DNA from: Desulfobacteraceae bacterium Eth-SRB2
GTDB lineage: Bacteria; Desulfobacterota; Desulfobacteria; Desulfobacterales; UBA11574
Assembly: GCA_004193595.1 (NCBI GenBank)
Contig: RPGQ01000024.1
Coordinates: 16,017-80,016, forward strand
Direction of reading: 5' to 3'
Length of the DNA stretch: 64,000 bases
The position numbers and the translations under genes are program-made. The notes under the pieces are model-generated. The model worked only from the letters and a program-made list of their open reading frames with translations, was not told where the DNA came from and ran no database searches. Of this stretch, positions 51,640-63,816 are shown piece after piece (position 1 is the first letter of the stretch; each line of letters starts with the position of its first letter).

Positions 51640-54600
51640 ATTTATATCCTATTTGCTGGCGTGACGATATGGCAGGTTTCCGCGTAAAGTCGCTCAAACC
51701 GGTATTTCGAAGATCTACCTGATTCTTTATTTCTATTTATTTTCTATTTTTATGCGTGACATCGGCGCTGACTTGTTTTGAAAAGTTATACGCCTAAATC
51801 GGTGCTTTTGCCTCGGCAAGCCATTTTAAGATTCAGCATTGCTACGGCGAAAATCAAAATTGCGATTAGATAGTATTGATCACGGCAAATGACAACAGCC
51901 GAAAGTCGTCAGTTAACGGTGGTAAGTAATTGACCAGTCACACGACACCGGCATGCTCATCAAAATGCCCAGCCGCGAAGTACCAGCGCCGCCATATACG
52001 ATTTCGACGTCTCATCCAGCAAAATGAAATGTCATGGCCTTTGATCTGCTCCGCATGATGGCGTTTATTTTCTAGATCAGTATAAGTTAGGTGCTGGTTT
52101 GCGTACGATTTCCCCATCAATCTTAATTTAGGCAGACTCTAATCGTTTTTATACTTTATCTCGCAATAAGCTTCGTTTTAGTAACTCTTTGGGCTCTCTA
52201 CCAGTGTCGCGGAAGACTCAGTACCTTAGCTGAAAGCGCTCGCCAGACAAATAGAATGGTGCGAAAGGTTTTAGTTAAATTTTCGGTGCGTAAAGTTTCC
52301 TTTATCCATAGGTGAGCCCCAAAAGTAGCGTATGTAGTCCAACGATATGTACAGCCAGAATACAAAACCACCGATAGCGTAAGTACTGAACTCTTCCCGC
52401 TCAAACAGCAGTGATTACATTTGTCAACAACTTCAACAAGACGACCATGAAAAAGACGATCGCGTAACGATAAACACTGGCTCTGCTTTTCGCCGGACCC
52501 GACCGCAGCAGATGACCCAAATATCCGGCCCATTCAGCCCTTAACGGCGTACTAATAACATTTTAATTGAACGTTTTTTCGTGATCTAAACGTAGCGTTT
52601 CACCGTAAAAAGCGGTAATTGTATCTTTAACCAGAACCTTGATCGGGATTAATTTCTGGCTGGATTAATTCTGTTTTAGCGTTTAATCCGGCAACTCCGA
52701 CCATGAAAATCATTCTTTAATGGCAGCAGTACGTTTGAAGAACGCTTTATAAAATTGATAGGTCGCATGGTGATAGAAAAGCTTAAACTGGAAGAAAAGA
52801 AAACCGCGCGGCGATTTGTCCGAAATGAGGCGCGCAACTATCCGGTTCCTGATTTACTCGAACAATTTGATTAACCTTGATGTAAGGGGCCCAAAAAGCT
52901 TTATGCTCAACCGTTATTTGGTTGTAACATAGGATTTTGAGGCGGTTTATTTGATACCAGCAATAAAAGGAACAACCCCAGAATTTATTACAGATTTTAT
53001 TGAAAGCTGCACAATCAATGTAAAACGCTCAGCAAGTTACAAATTACTTCCAGGATTGCTGATGATTTTCGATGCCAAATCAGCCGCAATCACTATTTCT
53101 TGAGCTCGCGACCCAGGACATTGACGTGAATTAAATGAAATGATTAGCAGATATTTTGTACCAAGTTTTAAAGTGCCGGATGGAAAGCCAGCCATCGATT
53201 TTGTATAGTCAATTCCGCACCTTAGGCTTTATTTTGATCTGGTAATCGCGATTTCATCTTTGGACGTCAGCGCTTAAAGCGAACTTTTTATTGCTGAACG
53301 CGTTGAAGTTTCTGTAGTCAAATTTGATTACCTGGATTTCATATTTCTGATGGTCCCAGATTCCAATTAATCTTTTAAAGCAAAATATGCTAATCACTTC
53401 CTGTGGGAGGCACCAGTCCGCCGATCTTGATCTTTTATTGATTGGATATAATTTAATCATCAGCAATCCCGGTGCTTTCGCGGCCAGTCCGTTTTAGTCG
53501 GCGATGGAGGCATGGCGTTATGAAATCGCGTAAACAGATCCTAATCATCGCCCTTTGCAAATGAAAACCGGACTCCACTAAAAATCAGTTAATTCTAGAA
53601 TCTGTGGTGGAAACTTTAATCGAGATGCTCGGCACCCGCCTCCAGGCAAATGGCGATAGGGCGAAACCAGGTAAAGGGATTTTCGGTGTCTTTTATGTTA
53701 AAGGGCCTCATAAAGCTGCACTTCCAGCAGCAAACCGTAAACCTAAACCCACGATGTTTTGTAACTTAGTTATGTCGCATCTTCTTTTTCGGCGCGGCGG
53801 TAAGGAATTGAAAAACGGGTGGATAATCAAAACTCGAAAATGGATGAAAAAGAGACACCAGTCGAAGTTTCATCTGGATCTGGTGTTCTGACGAATCTTT
53901 GTATCGCGGGATAAACTTAACAACCTGAAAACCGGCTGGAAGCGCATTAATTCCAGGCGTATGCGCCAAAATGATACGATCTCTCGGAGGCTCAAATAAA
54001 TTAGGTTATGCTCAGTTCTGGAAATCGATTCATAGTGCGCGACGCCGCTAAACCGACATCGTACTAAAACGCCACCGAAAGCAACGGCGAACCATTGCAT
54101 GTGGAAAATGAAATGACAGCTGAATCTGGAAAAGAACCTGCGCAGGCGATTAAATAAGAAAATTAAGGCGTTTTGCTGAAAGTTGATAGAGACCGATTGT
54201 CATGGTCGGTGTTTGAGAGGCGTCAGGCAAAACTGCTGGCGGCAAAAACCGACCAAAACCTACTCACTTAAATAAAACCCACCAACGCGTCGACGCCGCC
54301 CTTCGGGATTATAAAATAAGCAAAAGTGGCGTTTTGATGTTTTACACTCGATGAAAGACGATCGTCAGAAGAAAATATATTGATAATGTTAAGATTTTGA
54401 AATTAGCTTTCAGGAAAATTAAACTGCTTCGGGATTTTGGCGTAATGGAAGGCATATGCGCGGCTTAATTTGTTCACCATCGGTTTATTTCTGACTCTTT
54501 CGTGGAGCCGCCGGCTTCCTCCCTGGTTTTTAGATCATAATAATTTAAACTGTAACTCCATAAAATAAAACCCGCCTTGATGGTGCAACCATACACCAGC

Positions 54601-57600
54601 CCGATCTCGATCCATTACGCCCCGCTATATACACCCCAAAACCCTAAATGGGCGAACCAGCAATCCAAGCATTATCACAGCAGGAATATGGACTATCTGG
54701 ATGAAATCACAAAATAATATCACCATGGCTTTTATCCGCGCTTGGAAAGGGCGAAGATGCAATTCAAGGACGTCGAAGAACGCCCCACCAGCACCACAAG
54801 TCTCCGAATTCTGCGACTGATATTATTTGAGAATCCATGACCAGTTGCTGCTATTCCAATAATGGCGATTGATGGCGGAAAACAGATATTTTATGACGGC
54901 TCCATTACCGATCCCCTCTGTAATCGTTTATCCCCCGAATAATCATCCAGGAGAAGCCATATTTTCGTTCAGCAGTCTGTTTCATCCCCAGTGGCAACAT
55001 TTGCGGCGGAAAACGGTCAGTGGTATTGGGAATTGTATTAGTTTTTCGGATTAACATCAACGGAAATGAGATGAAGCTCGGGGAAAGGGTGACAGGTAAA
55101 TCCCAATTTGTAAATTATTATGATTGGGTGGAAACCAGCGTGCAATCGTAATTCAAAAGGAAGACCTAAAACCAGTTGCCACGACCGCGAAAATCATTCG
55201 CCAACCTGTGGAAATGGAGCCGGATGGATTTTCTATCCTTTTTTCAAGAATAAAGTCGCTTTCCTACGCACTTTAAATCTTTCAAAAGCGCTATGAAATA
55301 GGAGTATTAGGAATGATTATATTTGGCGTCGGCCATATTCATTCAAAATATAAGCAAGCCTTTACATTGTTTAACGATGCTGCCGCGCTTATCTCTGTTT
55401 TGCCGGGGCGGTATCTATGGTACGGTATGTTGAAAGAAAGTGCTGAGTTTCGATGGCGAAACACGGCTCTGAGACCGACGAAATGGATTACGAAGGGCAA
55501 CCGCATTTGATGAAATTTTAACTCAGGTTAATACTGGTTCTTTGACCTCCAGGGTCATTTGTTAAATGCCGCCAAAACGAAGGTTGAGGAATGGTTTCTA
55601 CCCCATTGCCAAAACTGGAAGTGTATTTGCTAGTAAGATATCCATTACTTTGTCGGAATTATTACGTCTCCGACACTGCATGGAGGATTCTTCGCAATGG
55701 CGTAAGCGGAAATGGGCTTAACTATCCTGTTTTTACGGAGAACAATCTCTAAGATCGTACATTTACAGGCGACAACTGTTCGGCTATTGCTGATGGAAAT
55801 TAATAGAAATATCTGCCTTCGGTCTTATCTTCAAGGGCGTATTGGTCCTGTGGGATGGCCAAACCAATAGCCCAAAACTGCGTTAGAGCCCCATCATTGC
55901 GTTGACCGCGATAAAACCGACGGGGCCGAACGCACGGGAAAACCAAACTGGCGATGACTGTTGAACGTTCCCATCGGTTAAAAGGAGATCCGCGAGGTAC
56001 TGCTTGTTTCTTTCAAAATCACACGGCGCGTCAGGCCTCCAGGGATTACGCTATGCGTAACATTCAAACAATGGGCGAAGATCGGTCGATCGTTAAGAAA
56101 GCCATGTTAGAAAACCCTATACCGCCTTTGGCAACCGATATTCTTTTGGGTAGATCGGTTTTTATTCACAGTGGCGACCAAAATGCCATGTTCCGAAGCT
56201 CGAAAATTCCTGAGAATTACAAACAGTTTGAAGGCGACACCCGATGCGCCTGTTACCAACCGGCCGACAGTTTGTTCGGTCACTCCCTATAACCTTCCTG
56301 ATATCAGTGCTTTGTGGTACCCTTGGATTTTGAATCAAGATATCATTGAGTATGCCGCTTTACCGGCATCGATTACTTCAGTTGATAATCGGATTGTTTA
56401 TCGCGAGGTTGATTTTGAAACGGAAGACATAGACGAATTTCAAGAAAACTATAAAGCGGCTCCATTCCTGCAAAGCGTTTATCACGTCTTTTGTGGCAAA
56501 ACCAAATTATTTAGGTGCCAGGGTAAAATTAATTGACAGGTAAATATTCCAAACATAATCTAAAAAATCGGTCTCGCCAAAGCCGATAGATTGGGTGCAG
56601 AAACAACTCCTGTAGATATTTCGCCGGGTTTCGGAAGGTTAGCCGAAACGCCCGTTACCGAGCAACAAGGTAATGGCGCGCGATCACTGAGTGGGGCCCG
56701 GGATGGGTAAAACAAACGATTTTCGATACGCTGTCTCTTAAAGTTTCTTTTTCCAAACTTCCTATTAATATATTGCTGGCTGCTCCGACCGGAAGAGCTG
56801 CAAAACGAATGAATGAAACAACCGGGCATGAAGCAAAAACAATCCGGCTTAAGAATTTGCTTCGAGTATAGCATTCGGTATGGCGGATTCCCGAAAACGA
56901 TGAACAACCTTCGGATTTCGGTTATGATTTATTTCGATTAATCGATGAAGTTATCGACGTCCTGACGCATTAATTTTTAAAGTGCTTATCCTGTAGCCAG
57001 CTGACTCTTCTCCTTGTTGGAGATGTGAACCAGCTCCCTTCCTGTCAAAGCTGGAAATGTATTAAAGATATTATCCGTCTCGTACCGGTGGCAGGAGCCT
57101 AACGAAAATATTCCGGCTCGTGGCTGAAGATGAAATCGAGAATAACCAACAATTCCATAAAGTACCATTAAATTTGCGCTCGTATTCCTTCATTTCAGAC
57201 TCTGCTGTGACATGGATTCTTTTATTTTATCTCAGTGCGAAGCCGATCCGGAAGACGCATTGATGGATTATTTTAGAACTTGCTAAGGATCGTATGTACT
57301 CCGACAGTGATTCGGATTTGGATCCTTTGATGACATTATTGTGATTTCCTTGACACTCTATACCGTGCCAGATCAAAGTCTGCTTTCTAAACTCAAACGC
57401 CATCGAACCAAAACCAAAATCCCGGTGTAGGCTGGCGTATGCAACATTAGGGTAACAGAAATTTCAGAGTCAACGACAAGGTCATGCAGATCAAGAATAA
57501 TTATGATTGCCGATATTCTTTAATCGATATCGGAATGAATTTCCAGAATAAACTGAAGGAGTGGTCGGTGATCATCAATATCTGACGGAGTCGACCCGTT

Positions 57601-60600
57601 GAATATGACTATACAGACCTGGATTGAAAATTGTCCCGGCATTATGGCGTTTCCAGTCTGAGCAGTCGCATGATCTGGAATATCCTGGCTGTGGATTATC
57701 CCTGATTTTGTAATTCTTTACTACTACTTCGGTGCCATTGATGGATTTTGGTTGCAATGGAATTTTGATTTATACAGCTGTTTACCAAGAGGCTCTGCTT
57801 TCGGTTTGTCTGCGGGTTTGGGAAATCAAAGAAAGAATTGCGTATGATCTATGTCAGGGAATCGATAAAACCCGGTTTCATTGATACGCAACTGTTATAC
57901 GCCTGAACCTCATGAATGTAATTGATTTAAGATTTGCTTATTTAATTATAATGACTCCCTGAATCCATAGTCGAAATCAGATCGGGTAACAGCTTAAATT
58001 CCAAAAAAATAGGAGCCTCCATACGCCAAAGAACAAGCCTGGTGATGACTCACCAAAGTCAGTGAGATTAACATCTGTAACCCTGACTCAAAATCCACCC
58101 CTGGCTCTACCAAAAACGGCTTCATGACCACAAATTATATGCAAACCTTCCTAGAAAACAAAGCGTCCCCGAACTGGAAGCAGCCACGCCCCACCAGCCG
58201 TAGTTCCTGCACCAGAAGCGTTAAAGCGTTATTGAAGTCCAGCCAGTGAGAACCCGGCCACAACCGGCAAAGCGGTGATGGTTTACGCCCTACCTGCGCC
58301 TGTTACGGCGTCATGAATTTGTTCAGGCGGAAACTTCCTCGGCAGCGGATCAAATTAAAATTTAGGCGAAAAAGAGCAGAGCAACCGTCCAAACCCAATG
58401 GCCCAGAATATTTCTATTGCCCCGGTTTTCGTACGAACGTTTATGGTTTGGAATGCGTCCAAAATCCGGGTAATGTAAAAAGAACTGCCGCAGCTTCTGA
58501 AATTAGTATGGCCGTTCCCGAAAGATCCGCGATGATAGTGTAGAGGGTGGTCTAACTGTGCTTTCCATAGGTGTTCCACCGCGGCACCGCATCGTTAACC
58601 CTCGCCATCCCGAGCCAGCAGGTGCCGTAGCAGCAACGTTTGCAGAAACGCAACAGATATTTGTAACTTCTGGCGCTCCGCTGATCAAAAACAAGATGCG
58701 CGGCTGGATCGGCTCCATGCTTTAATCGATGACTTTGCAAGTGGGATTTTATCTGGATTCTGTTAGAGATCGTCAAGAGGTAAGGGTCATCTGAAACCGC
58801 TTCCCTTAAAAATTGCTGATGGTCGCCCAAATCAGCAAAACAACCTGAAGAAACAAACAGGAACTTTTTTTCATTTTCGAGGACATGGCGCCTGGTTCTT
58901 GTCCCCTGTTTGCAAGGCAGCCGGCATAAGTACTGGAGAGCTTCCTTCGATTTTGTTGAACTTGCGCTTTCGCATTATTTCCTGTAATGAACGGTAAATT
59001 ATGGCGTTCAGCGCTTTATTTCGCTATGGGCAAAGCGAAGTTTAAAGCCGCTCACGCCGTATGCCTCTATGCGGATTGAAACGACAGTCAGGCTCCTGAA
59101 CAGATGGTTTGCATATGAATAGCAAACATCGCCAGTCCCCGTACTGAAGAGGCGTACAAGCAATATGCGCTGACAGTTAATCGTATTAGTCAGACCTAAT
59201 CTCGGCGACGTCTTTGTGAAATATTTTGCAAAAAATACTCCGATGAAAGCGCCATTTCAGCGTTCAAATCCTGGAAGATCTGGCTTGAATCAACGCCGGG
59301 CGGAATAGGCTGAAAGTATGCCTGGTAACGGCAAAATCAGCCTTCCGGATAGCGTTTATTAGCGCTTTAAGTTCCGCCTATCAAAGTCCGCAAGAGAACG
59401 TTAACAATTGAACCTGCGCTATTTGCGGAGATTATCTTGAAAAGATCCTGGGTAATTGAAATTTTGGCGCGTTTATGGCATCACTTCACTGCGGCTGGCT
59501 TCAGAGGGATGGGGCGTATGAATTGGCGGCGATGCGATGCAATATTCACCAAGACCGCTATGAGTGCGGCGGAAACTCCTGGATATCGCGGCGGACGAGG
59601 TAAAGCAGATTTATCGATCGTAATACGGATAAATCCTCCTGGGGATTTCGTTCGTGGTATGATTTTATCCTCGGTCGTCATTTCTGGATTTCTAAGAGAA
59701 CATGGTGTTGATCGAATGGCTTTCCTCAAACCATTCATCCCTTTGCCTTGGCCTAATTCCTGTATTTCTGTTTTTCTAGAATCCTCCGACTACCTTAACG
59801 AAGTCGAAAGTGAAAACATCTTAGAAAGCCGAACCTCAAAAGAAACATTCCAAAGCCTATCCTGGTATGTCTCAAATTTTTTTCCCCATCCTAATTCTAT
59901 TTCACCCCTAATCATCTTTTCATTAAATTTTTTTTCGATGACCGAGATATATTTAAATTAGAGAGTTCGTAAATGGCATTTCTTGAAGCACGAGTTTTTT
60001 GTTGATCAAGACAAAAGTCGGTTAAAGAGTTTCTTGGTTTCTATTTTTAAACGCAAGGCAGGCATGATATGGCGTAAAAATCCGGTCGAAACAGTGCCGA
60101 GCAGCCAGCATGAATGTACTTTTCGGGATTTCCGTAATGGAATACTGGGGAAATTCCTGGAGGTGTCTGAAAGTGGATGCGATTGCGTTGAGAAGGTTTT
60201 GAATCTGATTTTAAATAAACTGCTGATATAAAGGGCGTGGTAAAATATCCCGACGCGATCCCGATTCTGTATTTCTTGGTGTTCTATAAACTCAGGTTCT
60301 GTGGTAATTATTTCCCAGCTCTACATCGTTTCGATATATAATATTAATAACATTATTATATATTTTATCATATACTTCCATATTGAAATCCAAAACACCC
60401 TGGCACTCTGGATTTTAAAGTTCCATCGAAATTCTATCTACCTACCTGTCCGCGACATTTATTATGATTCATAGGCGGTGACAAAAGAATTGTGGTACCG
60501 ACAGATGCGGGTTTCTCCCTGCGGCGGCGCAACCGGCGAAAATGTCCGATGCAGAAAATGTCCGATGGAAAATTCGAAGGATCACCCTTAGTGCTATGCT

Positions 60601-61290
60601 CATGGATGATAAATGACAAACGCCCATCCTGCGTCCATGATTCGGCAATGATTTTTTATCAGGATTTTTAACCATCCGGCTCATCAGTCATGGAAACAAT
60701 CTTGCCGGTTTATTTCATTATCTTTATAGGAAAATCTCGTTGTCAGAAAACTCTCAAAGTTCCTACCGCCACCTAGATAAGTTCTTGAATTATGCCCTTT
60801 ATATCCGGAAACCGAAATCTGTTTCACAAGGCGCAACCGAGGGCGGCTTAAGCGGCGAGGCAATTAATTAATAGCCGAGGAGGCGTTTCTATCCTTTGGA
60901 AATATTAATCCATTGTGGTCATTTTGCAACTCCTGCTTCGGAGTGAAACGACCGATGATCCAGCGAACCTGCGAAATGCAGGCGAGGATCTTTGGGAGAA
61001 TCGAAACGTTATCGAAAACAGCCCAGTCGGGCAACGAGACAGCGTTCCGTCGAATCTGATCAGGTAAAGCGCCAACCGGGGCACGGTTTGGTATTACTGT
61101 AAGTTTACGACGTTCTGCGACAAAACCCAGTCCTTTTCGAATCCGGTGGGCGGTGCCTTCGCAGGATCTAACCTGCCACCACTAAGGCCGGTGGAGGGCG
61201 GCGGTTTCAACCCAAGCGTCCTTCGTGGAACATTCCTGCGTGACGGGCGTTCCGGCGACATTACTATTATCCTGAAAATTTCTAATTTCG
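51640..61290. other. about 9.7-kb ORF-poor segment of decayed (or artefactual) sequence
   Basis: No ORF above 174 codons in any frame. Overlapping short ORFs in three frames. Protein-motif remnants interrupted by stops. k-mer texture differs from 1-51 kb. Confidence 0.6.
56650..57110 (+). pseudogene. RecD/TraA-like SF1B helicase remnants
   Basis: Translation fragments WGPGMGKTN (Walker A, 56692-), PINILLAAPTGRAAKRMNETTGHEAKTIRLKNLL (motif Ia, 56761-), DLFRLIDEVIDV (motif II-like, 56926-), VGDVNQLPS..W.CIKDI (motif III, 57016-). Stops and frameshifts separate them. Confidence 0.5.
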
Positions 61291-61299
61291 CCTTCCTGC

Positions 61300-61598
61300 A
61301 AGTCCTTCCCAGGCATGATGCGTTTCGATAGGTCATCCCGCAAGGCCGATTCTACCGGATCCGTTTAACGCGGATTATCGACCGGCTTATCCTGTGTTTG
61401 TCGATCGCCCTTGCTGGATGCGCAGGAATTAATCCGGTAGGACGTTAGGCCTTGTTTTGCCTGTAAAGGCGTAATTATTTAATCGTCTGCGATTACTTTA
61501 AGCCCGCCTTTTACAAGCCTGCAGGGAGCTCGGCATGCAGCTGATGCTTTATCCCCAGGTCAGTCGTTTCGCCCCTACTAAAGAGATTGTTCTGTGAT
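61300..61598 (-). pseudogene. second, degenerate tmRNA-like copy (inverted)
   Basis: Reverse complement begins GGGGCGAAACGACUGACCUGGGGAUAAAG... and aligns to 51257-51560 at roughly 75-80% identity. The tag frame is destroyed (gca gac gat taa). Confidence 0.45.
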
Positions 61599-61609
61599 GA
61601 GGAAAGAAC

Positions 61610-62700
61610 TGATATTTCATAAACTGCCCATTGGCTAGTTTCTTCCTCTGCACCTCTTTCTATACTATATCATATCAGGAGGGTAAACTTTCACCAAGTT
61701 TTGGGTGTATTTTCAAATTTAATCATATTAACCTGGCGCCATAATTTATTGCGATTTTATATCAGCGGTGAATTTTCGGGTTCTTTCTCCTTCTCTTGGA
61801 TTGGGAAGTCAATTCAAAACAAACCGTTCCGCAGTACGTCATCTCCATCCGACAGTTCCACAAACGATTGAAGATGAGCAGTCCTCTAAATCTGCTTTGG
61901 CGTGATTAAATCAAGGGGAAAGAATCCGTTCCTAAGCGGAGGCCGATGCTGGTGTGTCCGTAGAAGCAAGGTTTGTCCGGTGGATAAGAGCCTGTTCCTT
62001 TCTCTTAGAATAATTCCTGAATGATGTTCTCTTCTAGAGTCTATTTTTCTTCAGTCTTATCAAGCAGTTTTTAAGATCAAAGCCCTTCCTTCAAACTAAT
62101 CTTGGGCCGTTTTAAGTGCGTCACAGGCAACTCTGATTTGCTCGGCCTTTCACCCTCCGTGTCACTCTGAATTTGTTTCCTGTTTTTGGAATTAAATAAA
62201 ACAGCTCGGACCTGTCCTCCTGACCAAAGCTGATTTAAAAACCCCATTTAACGCTGCGCCCAGCGCTTCCAACGGAAACGATAATTTTGGTAGATTTTGT
62301 TTCGATGACCTTGTAATCGCCCCACCATGAAAACTCATTTTGGTATGTGCGATCGGCAGAACCGAAATCATAGTCCCGAAATTTTAGGTGATGGCGCAAT
62401 TCGTCCTGTCTCGTAGCAAAACCTCGCTTCACATTCCCATTATAAGCGGCGAAATCACGGGGTCAAAATGTTCTGGCGCGTCTTCATCCTAAAAAGAGCT
62501 TTACGTTTGTCGGATTTGTTGGTAATTCCTTCGTCCTGTCGGTGAAGCAAAAGAATCCTGCGAAACGACGTTAACGAGGAATACGTCCAGCAACACGAAG
62601 TCCGGATGACAATCTTCTTTAACGTTAAAATTCGCCAGTATGTTATTAAAACCAAGATCAAACCTTTATGACTTTTATAGTTGCGCGGCAATGGTAAACA
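61610..62700 (-). pseudogene. degraded inverted copy of the NRDE-family gene (plus its 3' flank)
   Basis: Nucleotide homology to 50940-51250 (e.g. gagaaggagaaagaacccgaaaattcac cgctgatataaaatcgcaataaattatggcgcc). Peptide remnants LLLHRQDE (compare ILAANRDE) and FSWWGDY (compare SFWDDAPG). Confidence 0.45.
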
Positions 62701-62976
62701 GTATTCGTCTGTTTTCCTTTTACTTTAATTTTTGGTACCGTTATTTAGCGCATACTTTATCAGGCATTTTTGCAAAAATCAAGGCTTTTTTATTGTAATT
62801 TTAAGCATAATACGCCAAAATGTCCCCAAATTGAGTGATTTTACAGCAACACATACTTTATCAAAAATTGCCGGCTAAAACCAATGCCGCTAACAGTAAG
62901 GCTTTCTTACAATCCAACCGTTATTTGCTATCATAGCTTTTTCCCCTGCCTCTTTTACTCATAACTGACGGTAATG

Positions 62977-63453
62977 CTATTTAATGGGGCCACTGGGATT
63001 GGTGGGCCAGTAAAACGGATCGTATTTCCCCTTATTATCCTTAGAATCTTCTGGTTTCTTTTCCGGGGTCGTGGATTTTTCTTCTGATTTTGATTGTCCG
63101 AGAGCCTCGGTCTTTTTCTCAGGAATTTCAATTATAGAATCTTTGTAAAGACTCATTTGAAGAGATTTTTCGGGCAGGATAACAATCTCTTTTTCCGTTT
63201 CTTTAACCCGCAGCACATGAGTTCCGGGCGCTACTTCCTTTAAAATTACCGGCGTTTTTCCAATATTAATGCCGTCTAAAAGAACATCGATCTCAGGGGG
63301 CTCACTGAATACCGACAGTCGTCCCATAGGTTTTTGTTGGCCTTCCAGCGTTCGAGATGGCTCGATCAACTCGGCGAACACAGATAAAGGTTGCATGATC
63401 AAGAAAACGAAACCAAAACCAAAAAGGACCATTAGTTTAATATTTATTTTCAT
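62977..63453 (-). CDS. secreted PEGA domain protein
   Basis: Signal peptide MKINIKLMVLFGFGFVFLIMQPLSVFA. PEGA-like DVLLDGINIGKTPVILKEVAPGTHVLRV. AGGGAG RBS. Confidence 0.68.
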   Translation of the reverse strand: MKINIKLMVLFGFGFVFLIMQPLSVFAELIEPSRTLEGQQKPMGRLSVFSEPPEIDVLLDGINIGKTPVILKEVAPGTHVLRVKETEKEIVILPEKSLQMSLYKDSIIEIPEKKTEALGQSKSEEKSTTPEKKPEDSKDNKGKYDPFYWPTNPSGPIK

Positions 63454-63492
63454 TTCTTATCTCCCTGATCGTATAGACATATTCCTGTTGAT

Positions 63493-63816
63493 TCAGATTA
63501 ACACCCGTTGACGCATGGTTTCCCTTATGTTACGACAACCGTCTATAATGCCGTGAATGATAACCACTTTGCCGACAATCTGATAGATTATTCGAAAATT
63601 TTTAATGACAATTTGACGGCATAACATTTCGCTGAAACCTTCAAGTTCAGATGGGACGTGGCCACGCTCAGGGTTATGTGACAAGCTGTCACAAGCCTGC
63701 GAGAGTATCCCGTATAACCGCTTGGCCGTTTCAGGCCTTCCACCGGCCTTGATATAGCGGTAAATTTTTAAGAGGTCTTGCCTGGCTCCGGTAGTGAATT
63801 CCACGGCAAAGCTCAT
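63493..63816 (-). CDS. type II toxin, ParE/RelE family
   Basis: 107 aa. YRYIKAGG...IIYQIVGKVVIIHGIIDG fold signature. ATGA overlap with the upstream antitoxin. Confidence 0.72.
   Translation of the reverse strand: MSFAVEFTTGARQDLLKIYRYIKAGGRPETAKRLYGILSQACDSLSHNPERGHVPSELEGFSEMLCRQIVIKNFRIIYQIVGKVVIIHGIIDGCRNIRETMRQRVLI

Noticed and set aside
58178-58195. cgccccacca as a possible displaced tmRNA/tRNA 3' end
   Set aside because: There is no upstream T-arm. It is 7 kb from either tmRNA-like 5' half. I treat it as chance.
51640-61290. Alternative genetic code (recoded stop) as the sole explanation of the ORF desert
   Set aside because: Breaks include frame changes between adjacent motif blocks (RecD remnant) and three-frame ORF overlaps. 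All three stop codons interrupt the frames I traced. One TAG-only frame (59353-60231) is kept as a separate low-interest finding.
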